Source of the DNA: a bacterium
Lineage (GTDB): Bacteria; Hinthialibacterota; Hinthialibacteria; Hinthialibacterales; Hinthialibacteraceae
Length of the DNA: 64,000 bases
Direction: 5' to 3'
Assembly: GCA_963663405.2 (NCBI GenBank)
Contig: CAXXSM010000018.1
Coordinates: 1-64,000, forward strand
Part shown: piece by piece, positions 1 to 9,815 of the stretch
Numbering within the stretch: position 1 is the first letter of the stretch
How the letters are laid out: every line of letters starts with the position of its first letter
Translations under genes and position numbers: made by a program
Notes under the pieces: model-generated
What the model was told of the DNA's origin: nothing
Databases searched by the model: none
What the model saw: only the letters and a program-made list of their open reading frames with translations

Positions 1-328
1 CCCATAGGAGCCGGCACAGTCATCCTTGCGGGAGTCATCGTCAACAGCGATGCGGTGATTGGCGAAAACGTGATTTTAAATACAGCCTGCTCGGTTGATC
101 ATGATTGCCGGATCGAATCCGCCGTCCATATTTCTCCCGGCGCGCGATTAGGTGGTTCCGTGATCATCGGCGCCCGGACTCATATCGGTATTGGAGCCAC
201 CATTCTCCCCAATCTGACGACTCGGCGCCGATGTAAAAATCGGTGGCGGCGCAGCGGTGATCAACGATATACCCAGTGGAGTAACCGCGGTTGGTGTGCC
301 TGCAAAAATCCTTTCCCATCAAAAATAA
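1..328 (+). CDS. Sugar O-acetyltransferase (NeuD/PglD-like hexapeptide repeat), 5'-partial, with an apparent frameshift near 220
   Basis: Hexapeptide repeats (IGENVILNTACSVDHDC, HISPGARLGGSVIIG). The typical C-terminus LGADVKIGGGAAVINDIPSGVTAVGVPAK continues in another frame to TAA at 326-328. Confidence 0.8.
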
Positions 329-616
329 AAACCTAAAACGGAAGCGGATTCCTCTTCGGAATGTGTAAATTCTGTAACAGTGTCTCATATAAGAAAAGAG
401 ACAACAATGGATTCGTCCAAAACAATCCATCAATTCATCTACCCGAATATCGATATCTCAAAAAATTGATTGAAACAATGATTCAACAAATAAAATTATT
501 TAAGTTATTTATATAAAAAACCATGATTGAGATCACAATCTGCAAATAAAAATGAGTCGCGGAAGCGTTTACGAATGAGATGGTTTAGTGGACTCATTTT
601 CATATGAGTAGTAGAC

Positions 617-692
617 AAAAAAAAAGCCTGCCAAAAATGGGGAGGGTTGGCAGGCTGCGAAATGGGGAGAATGGGATGTAGAATGTTTCTAT
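617..692 (-). ncRNA. Putative sigma54-dependent small RNA ending in a rho-independent terminator
   Basis: Lies between a sigma54 promoter and the hairpin AGCCTGCCAA...TTGGCAGGCT followed by a T run. No ORF. Three (CU/AU)CCC(C)AUU motifs. Confidence 0.5.
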
Positions 693-702
693 CTTTTTTA
701 TA

Positions 703-718
703 TGCATATACCGTGCCA
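703..718 (-). promoter_or_regulatory. Sigma54 (-24/-12) promoter
   Basis: The minus strand reads TGGCACGGTATATGCA, matching TGGCACG-N4-TTGC with exact GG-N10-GC spacing. Confidence 0.7.
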
Positions 719-1339
719 AACCATGAGAATTGTAAGACAAGAAACGAAAAATATTATATAACTACTTGAATCAATTAAACATAAGAAATACTACTCATCA
801 TAAATTCTCTTACCGTGTTAGGTTTCGCTAAATAAAATTGGTGAAATATCGGCGCCAGCGTTGTTTCATTGTTCCATTTGCGACACAAGCGCGTACCAAT
901 CTGACACAGGAGAAAATCCCTATTTCGTCAATCCCATTTCAAACATAAACATTCTAGCGATAAATTAATAAAATTGAAATTTGTTCTTGAAAAGTAATCT
1001 TTACCATAATATAATCTATGAAATTAAAATGAAATCTTGTAGGGATATAATTGGAATAATTCGATTTTTGCGGAAGGAATGCGTGTGAAAGGAGAGAAAA
1101 ATAATTCTGGCGTCAAAAACTCTTTTCGGCGCTATTCGATGTCAAGATGAAAGGTTTTATAGAAGATTAAAACCAGTTTCTATTTCTTTTTAAAGTATTT
1201 TTAAAAAGAACACTTGAACTTTGTGTAAAAATTCGTAAAGTATGGAGATTAGTAGATACGTTTAATGATAATATATTTTAGTTCTCGTCGATCTAAATAG
1301 GCAAAAAGCACTTGATTCAAGAAAGGGAGAGGTAAGCAA

Positions 1340-1957
1340 ATGAAACGAGCTTTAATAATCTTTCTCGGTTTACTGCCATTTGCCGTCGTTGTTTGGGGAC
1401 TTGCGGGCGCGGCTCACTCTGAGCAGTCCGCTATTCCGGCGCGATACTGCAAGTTCATTCAGACCGATTTAATGGTAGTAACCCATCCGGATATTTTTAA
1501 GTGGAGATGGTCGAAAAAGAAAGCCGTCGAACCAACGGAAACTCCACCTCCAAAGGTTGAACCTCCGGAAGAGAAACCAACGATTCCAGTTCGGAAAGAA
1601 GTGAATGGAACGAGAAAGCCGCTTCCAATCAAAACCATCTACTTCGATTACGACAAATCAGTTTTAAAACCGGATGCGAAAGCCGCCATTCAGAAAAACG
1701 TTCAGTTTCTCAAAGAACATCCGAACGCGGATGTAGTGATAGAGGGACATTGCGACGAACGCGGCACGAATGAATACAATATGGCGCTTGGGGAACGTCG
1801 AGCGGAGACGGTTAAAAATTATATGATCGATCTCGGCATAGACGTGTCCCGAATCAAAACCAAATCGTGCGGTGAAGAAATACCAGCGGTTCCCGGTCAC
1901 AGCGAAGCGGCATGGAGTAAAAACCGCCGGGCCGAATTGTTCTATTACGAACAATAG
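1340..1957 (+). CDS. pal: Peptidoglycan-associated lipoprotein / OmpA-C domain protein
   Basis: IYFDYDKS, IEGHCDERGTNEYNMALGERRA and AWSKNRRAE motifs; N-terminal hydrophobic segment; RBS GGAGAGG. Confidence 0.85.
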   Translation: MKRALIIFLGLLPFAVVVWGLAGAAHSEQSAIPARYCKFIQTDLMVVTHPDIFKWRWSKKKAVEPTETPPPKVEPPEEKPTIPVRKEVNGTRKPLPIKTIYFDYDKSVLKPDAKAAIQKNVQFLKEHPNADVVIEGHCDERGTNEYNMALGERRAETVKNYMIDLGIDVSRIKTKSCGEEIPAVPGHSEAAWSKNRRAELFYYEQ

Positions 1958-1995
1958 GGCGGTTCAATTAAACGTCTGTATCAATTGTAATTATT

Positions 1996-2022
1996 AAACG
2001 GAGCCTTTAAGGCTCCGTTTTT
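1996..2022 (+). terminator. Rho-independent terminator after pal
   Basis: AAACGGAGCC-TTTAA-GGCTCCGTTTTT. Confidence 0.85.
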
Positions 2023-2183
2023 CTGTCGATCCATCCGCTCCTGTATAGATCGTTAAACTCAGATAATTTCCGTTTTTTTTAAGCAAATTACAATGGATTT
2101 CAGTAGGAAGCGTGTGAGTGGGTTGACCGTTTTTCTGAAGGCGCTAAAACTATACAATGGAATTGAGAAACCTGCATGATTCA

Positions 2184-2257
2184 GCCAACGTAGCTCAGTT
2201 CGGCAGAGCAACGGTTTCGTAAACCGTAGGTCACGGGTTCAAGTCCCGTCGTTGGCT
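2184..2257 (+). tRNA. tRNA-Thr (anticodon CGT)
   Basis: Acceptor GCCAACG/CGTTGGC, D-arm TAGCTCAGTTCGGCAGAGC, anticodon arm ACGGT-TTCGTAA-ACCGT, T-loop GGTTCAAGTCC. No encoded CCA. Confidence 0.95.
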
Positions 2258-2262
2258 TTTCT
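2216..2262 (+). repeat. attL-like copy of the 47-bp direct repeat
   Basis: TTCGTAAACCGTAGGTCACGGGTTCAAGTCCCGTCGTTGGCTTTTCT; one mismatch to 37397-37443. Confidence 0.9.
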
Positions 2263-2416
2263 ATAAAAGATTGATTTCATATAACTTAATAAATCACCTC
2301 CCATCGATTCCTTTCATCAACCATACAGATTTTGCCCAAATTAATGTTCTCCATGAGTCTTTAGGCTTAGCATGCATTTCTGCGCATAGGCTATTAATTC
2401 AGAGAAAAAAGGGTCG

Positions 2417-3094
2417 TTGATGATGAACAAATTTCTACACAATCGTATTTTGGCGGTTTTCATCTGGGCTTTGGCCGGAGCCATATTGGGCGTTGTAGGC
2501 TACCAGATACTACAATTTTCGTTGAGTATCGTGTGCTCAATGATTGGTGCGCTAATCGGCGCGTTGGTTGGTCTGTTTTGGCCGGAATTGTTGGCTTTTG
2601 CGCTGCGCCACCGAATAGCAGACTGGCGGCTTGAAGAGATTGAAATTCAAGGTCTTACATTCTCCAGCGCGGGGGCGCAGCGTCGTGTCGCTTGGAAACT
2701 TTTCGTAGAGATGGCAACTCGAATCTCCACGCAACCGATGGATAATGATGAAGGCAACGACGGCATAGCGTTGGAGTCGCTTTACAAATTATTCCAGCTC
2801 ACTCGAACGCTGATCTCCGAAATGGAGCTAACACCCAACGCCACTGGTGATACGGTCGAAACCTATGCCCTTGACATGCTGAACAGCGACCTCAGACCGT
2901 TCATGGCGAAGTGGCATCCCCGCTGGGATGTGTTCAAGAAAAGCAATCCGGCTCCAGATGCGGTTTGGCCAGACCACGAGGAATTCCGAGACGCCCTCAA
3001 GAAATTGCAGAACAAAATCGAGCAAAGAGCGCGAGGTTTAGCAAAGATCGCTGGAATGAAAAACGTGGATCGGTATTTCAATGACGAAGAATAA
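2417..3094 (+). CDS. Membrane-anchored hypothetical protein (two N-terminal TM segments plus a helical domain)
   Basis: 225-aa ORF with a hydrophobic Gly-rich N-terminus and soluble motifs AWKLFVEMATRISTQP, ALESLYKLF, LRPFMAKWHP. Confidence 0.7.
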   Translation: MMMNKFLHNRILAVFIWALAGAILGVVGYQILQFSLSIVCSMIGALIGALVGLFWPELLAFALRHRIADWRLEEIEIQGLTFSSAGAQRRVAWKLFVEMATRISTQPMDNDEGNDGIALESLYKLFQLTRTLISEMELTPNATGDTVETYALDMLNSDLRPFMAKWHPRWDVFKKSNPAPDAVWPDHEEFRDALKKLQNKIEQRARGLAKIAGMKNVDRYFNDEE

Positions 3095-3326
3095 ATAATG
3101 GCGGACCTTTTTAATATGACGCTTGACTGAACTGCAATTAGAGGAACAAGTCACGTATACACATCAGAGAATCTCTGATGAAAGGGATTGAAGATGAATA
3201 GTTCTCAATTTGGTGATAAGTGGCAAAATGACTGGAAAAAGGAATCCTCAAGCATAGAGGCTACTGAAATTTTTAATAATGCTCTAAAAAAAGAAATGAA
3301 ATTGGATTTTTTTTTTCTGGTTACCT

Positions 3327-4688
3327 ATGTTCTTTAAAAAAAATAGATATTTAGAAATTCTTTCCCAGTACGATAAAGCAATTGTACTTAATCCAAATTT
3401 TTGGAAATTTTATTTTAGTAAAGGAGGAATCTTAGGAAGACTTGGACAATACTCTGAAGCCTTAGAAGTGTATAAAATTGGCTTGAAGAAAAATCCAAAG
3501 ATTGCGCTCCTCTGGTTAGGAGTAGCCCAAGCAGAAATGAAATTAAAGCATTATTCATTAGCATTCGATGCAGCAAAAAAAACATTAGCCTTAGATTCAT
3601 CGATGAATCACGCTCATGCAATTATTGATTATTGCCGACGATTTTTATATTTAGATGACAATATCGAACGATGTTATCGTCTACCTTTTGATAGACACGC
3701 ATTCGTGAGTTATCGAGCTGTTTCAAGTGTCACACTCGCTCGAGCTATTACTGAACACTTTATAAGAAATGGTTTACCTGTCTGGTTTGACGAGTATCAA
3801 ATTCTTGGGGATCAAGTGAAAGACTTCGAACCTGAGATTGAAAAAGGGTTGAATAAAAGTAGTAAAGCTTTGATTATCAGGTCATCAGACTATCATAACT
3901 CGAAATACTGTAAAGAAGAATTCTCTCATATTAAAAGTAAATTTGATCCATCACATGTGATTGAAATTTCTCTTCTACCACTGCTTGAGTCAGAACCAAA
4001 AACTTCTTGGCCAATGAAAGACTTCGATAGCACAGCATACTTGGATATTATCAATTTCATTGATGAAACATGGCATGTACAAGAGCACGATCTATGGTTC
4101 ACTTACCCACCAATTCCTGAAAATAGGCCAAAGTGGATTCACATACCCTATGCAGACGTCAAGTTTAATTTTGCGGACTGGAGAGAGATTGAAGTGCTTT
4201 CAACTCCAGATACAGAAACAAACAATTTTCATCAACGATCTTTTACTCGTAGTGTTGGTTCTATTGTGCTTAAAATGCATGTATTAGTTAATCCCTCTAC
4301 CGGTCTTAACAATCGCTTTAAACAAGGAGAAAATGTCGATGATAAAAATGTTTTTTATCAGAATCTTGTCAGTACCAAAGAATTCATGGCTAATATGAAA
4401 GAATTTGGTTGTTCACATAAGCTACTTGGAAATCACCTCATTTTCTCCTGCAACTTTAACCATTTCGCATTCACTTATGCATTTTCCAATCCTTCTGCTG
4501 GTATACGGTCTATCGTTTTAAGGAAATATGTCCTAACTTTTCCCGGCCATCGTACTCAGGGAGATATAGAGGTAGTTATAACGTGTGGTATTAATAATAT
4601 GCCAGAATACAACTTGCAAGAATTTGTCGCTTTTACCCCTCTATTCGACAGCGTTGTTTTGAATGCCAGGACCAGCGGGCGCACTTGA
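3327..4688 (+). CDS. TPR-repeat + TIR-domain protein with an unknown C-terminal domain
   Basis: TPR repeats (KGGILGRLGQYSEALEVY) and TIR motifs AFVSYR, VWFDEYQI, SSDYHNSKYCKEE. An upstream frame from ~3194 may join across the T13 run. Confidence 0.8.
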   Translation: MFFKKNRYLEILSQYDKAIVLNPNFWKFYFSKGGILGRLGQYSEALEVYKIGLKKNPKIALLWLGVAQAEMKLKHYSLAFDAAKKTLALDSSMNHAHAIIDYCRRFLYLDDNIERCYRLPFDRHAFVSYRAVSSVTLARAITEHFIRNGLPVWFDEYQILGDQVKDFEPEIEKGLNKSSKALIIRSSDYHNSKYCKEEFSHIKSKFDPSHVIEISLLPLLESEPKTSWPMKDFDSTAYLDIINFIDETWHVQEHDLWFTYPPIPENRPKWIHIPYADVKFNFADWREIEVLSTPDTETNNFHQRSFTRSVGSIVLKMHVLVNPSTGLNNRFKQGENVDDKNVFYQNLVSTKEFMANMKEFGCSHKLLGNHLIFSCNFNHFAFTYAFSNPSAGIRSIVLRKYVLTFPGHRTQGDIEVVITCGINNMPEYNLQEFVAFTPLFDSVVLNARTSGRT

Positions 4689-4868
4689 ACAGAAACCTAC
4701 GGTTTCGTAGTCCCAGAAAGTGTACTTTGTGACACCCCCAATTGACGTCTCTTTTTATGTCCCATTATTGAATTCTCGAAATGTCTTAGAGGTAATGGAA
4801 CATAAAAATGGAGTGAGATTCTCCTATGCATCTCGATTTTTTTGTTAGTTTCTACTCCTTGGTTTTTG

Positions 4869-5984
4869 CTATCCTCGAAGTGATCTTACGATCTCGTCCA
4901 GCCGATCTCGTTCGAAACTGCTGTAAGTCTCTGGATCATTTCGAAACTGCGTCCAGCAATCGTCAATCATTTTCGCGACTGGTTTGTCGTGGTTGTCAGT
5001 CTCGAATTGGGCCAAGCCAAGGCTTTCACACTCTTTTCGGAAGAACTTCGTGAGTTCATCGAGAAGTTTGTTCGGATACGCCAGGTCATATCGCGGTGGT
5101 GGGGATTCCATCGCAAGTTTGACTAACTCACTCCACCGCTGGTGAATCCGTTGTTGCGATTCGTCGAATCCGATTTCTGTCAACATCATACCGATTGCCG
5201 TTGCCCGAGCATCATCCGCTGGGTGAGAATCTATCCCGATGAAAAGTTCGCCGCCGAGGTTAGTTGCCGTACGAATATTGCACCAGCCGAAGGATGGTCC
5301 AATGAGATAGGTTGCAATCAAATCCGATGCGAACTCGAGTAACCAAGAACTACGCCAGTTGTGCTGGTATTGCTCCACCTGCTCAAGTAATGCGCTGGAC
5401 CAGTTCAGTCGTTTTCCTTCCACCCTCAACTGTTCATAGTGGTTGTCAACAATCGAAAAGGCCGGATCAACAAGGCAAGACTTTTTACGGAAAAGCAAAA
5501 TGTGACCGAGTTCATGATAGATGTCGGGAAGACCAAGCACGTGGTCGGGCTCCAAACACGGGATGAATACGATATCCATGTCTGGCATCGTCCAGAAATA
5601 CTGGGAACTGATGGCCGAGCAGATTGGGGAAGAATATGGGTATCCCGATTCATCGCAGATAGCTGCCATCACATCAGTCGCAACCTGATCCGACTCAGTG
5701 AACCGCTTCAGTACTAAAAGTGGAAGGTCTTCCAGTCCACGCAGCAATCGAGCGAAATAGCAATAGTCTCGGAAATAATTCGTTGCGTACATGGGGTTAT
5801 CAATATCTGGATCGTTCAATAACCCATTGATGAGCTCCCGCGCGTGTGTTGCCAACCCTTTCATCTTGTCGCGATAGGCATCAACCTCAGCCGACCAACA
5901 CGATTTGATTGTCTCCAGAGAATGCACGATGTCATCTGCACGTTGGATTGCATCGTGCAGCAGTTCCGTCAAAAGTGTTACCAC
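4869..5984 (-). CDS. Putative zincin metallopeptidase (HExxH; M48/ImmA-IrrE-like)
   Basis: IYHELGHILL, downstream EFASD (third ligand candidate) and SHP..xR motif. Last gene of the pAgo operon; the start overlaps the upstream stop (TAGTG). Confidence 0.7.
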   Translation of the reverse strand: MVTLLTELLHDAIQRADDIVHSLETIKSCWSAEVDAYRDKMKGLATHARELINGLLNDPDIDNPMYATNYFRDYCYFARLLRGLEDLPLLVLKRFTESDQVATDVMAAICDESGYPYSSPICSAISSQYFWTMPDMDIVFIPCLEPDHVLGLPDIYHELGHILLFRKKSCLVDPAFSIVDNHYEQLRVEGKRLNWSSALLEQVEQYQHNWRSSWLLEFASDLIATYLIGPSFGWCNIRTATNLGGELFIGIDSHPADDARATAIGMMLTEIGFDESQQRIHQRWSELVKLAMESPPPRYDLAYPNKLLDELTKFFRKECESLGLAQFETDNHDKPVAKMIDDCWTQFRNDPETYSSFERDRLDEIVRSLRG

Positions 5985-6412
5985 TAGCGCCTCCAGAGTT
6001 TGCGGAATGTCGCTGAAGCCGAAGCATCGGCAACCTCACAAATTGAGTCCAGTAATTCTATCTCTTCCGCACTCAACTCACCCCCACTCGAAAGCGTTTC
6101 ATTTAATTTTGTGAGGTCATCCATGAAGTACTTCAGTTTCCCGCGTTGCTTTTCTTCCAATCGTGTCAGTACATCTTCAGGAATCGCTACCGCATACTGA
6201 GCTTTGCTTGGTTCCACATCTGCCCCCATTCGTTGCAGCAGATGATGCACCATACCACCTACCAATATAGTGGCTTCGGCAAAATCCTTCTCGACAATCT
6301 CCTTTCCGCTGCCAAGATACAGTTTTTTTAGAATCAGCACTGCTTGATTGACGTGGTGTGAGAAGTCTGTCGTTGACGCATAGTTATGCGAAAGGCTGGA
6401 TATGTCACTCAT
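5984..6412 (-). CDS. Small alpha-helical hypothetical protein in the pAgo operon
   Basis: 142-aa ORF with RBS GGGAG, 25 nt after the Argonaute stop and coupled to the peptidase gene. Confidence 0.75.
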   Translation of the reverse strand: MSDISSLSHNYASTTDFSHHVNQAVLILKKLYLGSGKEIVEKDFAEATILVGGMVHHLLQRMGADVEPSKAQYAVAIPEDVLTRLEEKQRGKLKYFMDDLTKLNETLSSGGELSAEEIELLDSICEVADASASATFRKLWRR

Positions 6413-6437
6413 GTTTTGTTTCTCCCATATTCATGGC

Positions 6438-8818
6438 TCATGCGCTCCAACCCATGGCCTGTTTCTGTTCTCCCCATTCCTCATCACTGTCCCCAAACTG
6501 TCCTTCGTCCTCATCAGAAAATGCCGCGATCGAACGAAGGTAGTCGTCACACAATTTTAGATCAATACTCAGCCGCATACATCGGTCCGGTATGGACCAA
6601 CACAGCTGCGACATCCTAAACGTATCTTCAAGAACATGCGGTAGATTTAACGGCCCTTCTACGACACGGACACATAGTGGCTTGGCCGTTCCCGGAAACT
6701 TGAAGGGTAATCCCGTCGTGCATACGATGCCTTCCCGATCATCAATCTCAGTCCACGAACCAGCTGTTGGGTTACGATACTTACCGTCACTCGTCTCGTA
6801 GACGAGCCGATACCCTTCAGCCGAAGACTTATGGACCTCAACAACACCGAACATCGTATTGTTTGGCAGATACCTTTCTTTCATCAGCCTGATGAACGGC
6901 TTCGCGAAAGCCTCGTCGTTCCGAACCAAATGAACGACCGTCACGTTTCAGCACGATTGATCGCGGGATTGACGCACTAGACTGAAACAAACTCAATAGT
7001 TGCCTCGTAAATCACAGAGTGAACCTGCTTACGTAGCAGTTTCTCTTTCTGAGTCGAGTCCACGGAATGCATGAAACACTGCCGTCCACCATCGGCAAAA
7101 AACGTAAACGCAGCCGTCGAGTACAGTACATCCAAACCAATGTACATGTCGTAATGTGTATTTTCTCCAAGAACCCAAGGCCATTGTCGATTCACCATCA
7201 GCACACCCATCGCAGCGTAGCGAAGATAACTTTGATACCTACCGCTCATGTCATCTCTGACTCGAAATTGTTTTTCTTTATTCGAAATTTGCCAGCCATA
7301 GAAATCATTGATCTTGTTTGCATCCAGACATTGAAACTGAATTCTGTCTCGCAATTTCTTCTTAAGAAAGTTGTGCAGATCCGGCTCGGCTGTCGCTGGC
7401 AGAACAAGGACACCGCGTCCGCTTTTCACCTTGGCTTTGTCAATCGCATTGACGATAGCATCCACCTGCATTTTCAGTTTACTGGACTTCGGATCACTAT
7501 AGACCACGCGTTCGAATTGGAATCCCCGGTGCAACAGTTTCCGCATCGTCTTTTCAAATCGTGACTGCAAATCTTCTGTAGCATCACGGTTGAACGAAGA
7601 AGGCACTATAAAATACTGTGCGTCCAACGGATTGCTCACGGCAATACCACCATCGGGGTCCAGCAACATTGCAACTCGCTGGCGTCCCAAGTCACGGAAA
7701 CGTATTTCGCCCGAGGACGAATTTGAACCAACGTGGATCGTTTGGCCCTGACCGAATTCCTGAGCGGGAACCGGAAAGATCTTTCGTTTGCACCGCCGTG
7801 GTTTCGAATCCACTTTTAGACGATTACCGTTGAAGTCAACCTTACTCAAATGCTCTCTGACAATGCGTGAACATTCCGGAAGAAGATCTTCGGGTGAGAC
7901 AATTGATTTACGATGCAATCTCCCAACTCGTGAGTCATCTGTCGCCAGCATCAGTTTGCACAACGCGGTTGCACCGTAACGTTTCTTCTGATTCCCTGGA
8001 TACTGATATTTGATTGCCGGTGAATCAGGATCGAGTGATTCGATCCATGCCGGAGCCTTCGGTCCTCCCACGGCACGAATCGTCCAGTCGTACACGTTAA
8101 TTGGTTTTGTCTCGCCGTCCGGTACAAAACGTTGTTCGGAGATTGTTTTCCCGCTGGGACCAAGAATCTGAATCGGAAACCAGTTATGTCCATAATGGTA
8201 CAACGCATGCTTCATTCGCAGTTTCTGTTGAATCTTATTGGTATCGTAAGCGTCCGGCAACCAGTCCGATTCAACGTACTTGTGCGTCAGCTTCAGCCAA
8301 ATGCAAGGACGACCATCAACAATGCGAAGACGTAAACCAAATCCGCGAAAGACATCGACATCGCGGTTGTCATGGCTAAAGTTCAAAGGCCTTCGAAAGA
8401 AGTTGATCCACGGGTTGGAATTCCAAAGGCGTTGATCTCGTCGTAACGCGCCGCGAAGATGCCAACCTAAGAAGGCAAGCCCAATTTTTTCTGATTCTCC
8501 CGCAAGATTTGAGAAATCGAGTGATTTTTCCTCCATGTGAGGTTCGAGCGTCGCGACCTCGGGTGAAAGATTGAATTCATTCTTACCCAATGAGTGATCT
8601 GCCGGAATGGCCAAGACGGGGTGTTCGTAACCTGAAACAATCGCCACGGGAATATGTTCGGCAAATGCGATCTTCTTGACTAGTTGTTGAAGGTTCGATT
8701 CCGCAAGTTCACCGTCACCGAGCGTCTCGTCAAACGGCCCGTCAACATCCACCAGTCGGTAGGAAGCGGATAGTTGATTGAAATTTAGGATCTCAAAACA
8801 GTTGAGAACATGACTCAT
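6438..8818 (-). CDS. ago: Long prokaryotic Argonaute (N-PAZ-MID-PIWI), split by two apparent +1 insertions
   Basis: N-terminal LNCFEI; MID HNFLK..QFQCL..WPW; PIWI IGLDV and QKEKL. A hidden frame at ~6890-7003 reads SIVLKRDGRS, and ORF 6438-6944 supplies VVEVHKS, GTAKPL and RLSIDLKLCDD. Removing one G at ~7003 and one at ~6888 gives 792 aa. Confidence 0.9.
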
Positions 8819-9815
8819 GTTTCTTCTCCTTGACTTTCTTTCTTCGCGACTTCACCGGAGCCGTCGACAACTCGCCGACTTGTTGCTGCTGGGCTATCTG
8901 CTGACAAAGCGTTTGTTGCGAACAGAACGCGCAATTATTCGCGTTGGCAGCGAATTCATACTCTTCGATGTCAGCAAGGCTGTATTTCCGTCCCTGTTGC
9001 AATGACTGGATGGCATTCAGACTTCGATAGATGCGATTTTCAATCTGATCAAACATGCCTACGTCTGTTTGATGGTGGATCACATCGTTGGAGAGAAGTT
9101 GAACTTCAATTAGTTCGCAATCCGATGCCTCTTTCACCCGCCATTTGGGATGCTGGCACATCGCCCAAGCGTAAAGAGCGGTTTGTAAATCGGTGTCGCT
9201 TCCGCCCATTGACTCGGACACTTTCCAGTCAATGATGGTCGGCTGGCCGAAACTACGGAAGAACATCAGATCCAGATGGACTTCCAGACGAGCCGCGTCA
9301 TATTGAATGTAAAGCGGCAACTCACACCAAACTTGATCGGCTTGTTCAATCTCGTTAACCAACTCGGTCATCGATGACAGATTGCGAAAACAAGTCTCAA
9401 TGGTCGTCAGAATGGTTTCGAATTCTTCCTCGCTGACACCATCGTCCGACTCATGGCCGACAAGGGTACAGTAGTCGTTACCCGCTTTCGATTTCGTCAT
9501 CCCTTCTTCTCGGTAGCGACGTGCGGCCGAGAATTCCAGTTGACGACGTGCGAGTTCCTGCGTCTGTGTGATCGCTGAGTTCCATTCAACCACACGACGT
9601 TGCTGCCATGCTGGAACCACGTAGATTTCGATACCCGTGTGAAGCAGCGACCCTCGCCACAGTTCGAGTGTCTTCACCTGTTTACAAAGAAACGCATCTC
9701 GTCGAATTGGATCTTTTGCGCTGTGATGCGCCGCAATCTGAGTCAGAAAATACTGTCGTTGACATCGGCGAAAACAACGGTCTGCGGAGAATGACCATTT
9801 GATCGTATCACTCAC
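8793..9815 (-). CDS. Cas4/AddB-like PD-(D/E)XK nuclease with Fe-S cysteines
   Basis: WSFS..FRRCQRQY at the N-terminus, CELPL..LDL..IIDWK catalytic core, QTALYA motif, C-terminal CAFC-x5-C. Confidence 0.85.
   Translation of the reverse strand: MSDTIKWSFSADRCFRRCQRQYFLTQIAAHHSAKDPIRRDAFLCKQVKTLELWRGSLLHTGIEIYVVPAWQQRRVVEWNSAITQTQELARRQLEFSAARRYREEGMTKSKAGNDYCTLVGHESDDGVSEEEFETILTTIETCFRNLSSMTELVNEIEQADQVWCELPLYIQYDAARLEVHLDLMFFRSFGQPTIIDWKVSESMGGSDTDLQTALYAWAMCQHPKWRVKEASDCELIEVQLLSNDVIHHQTDVGMFDQIENRIYRSLNAIQSLQQGRKYSLADIEEYEFAANANNCAFCSQQTLCQQIAQQQQVGELSTAPVKSRRKKVKEKKHESCSQLF

Noticed and set aside
6438-6944. 168-aa ORF as an independent gene or natural split Argonaute
   Set aside because: It is the PIWI C-terminus. 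The connecting RDG segment lies in a third frame, and two single-base deletions restore one ORF.
3327-8818. TIR protein plus Argonaute as a SPARTA system
   Set aside because: The TIR gene is on the opposite strand and has TPRs rather than a recognisable APAZ domain, and the Argonaute is long with catalytic residues.
8793-9815. Cas4-like nuclease as part of CRISPR adaptation
   Set aside because: There is no cas1 or cas2. It is coupled to XRE and pAgo and lies ~13 kb from the cas remnant.
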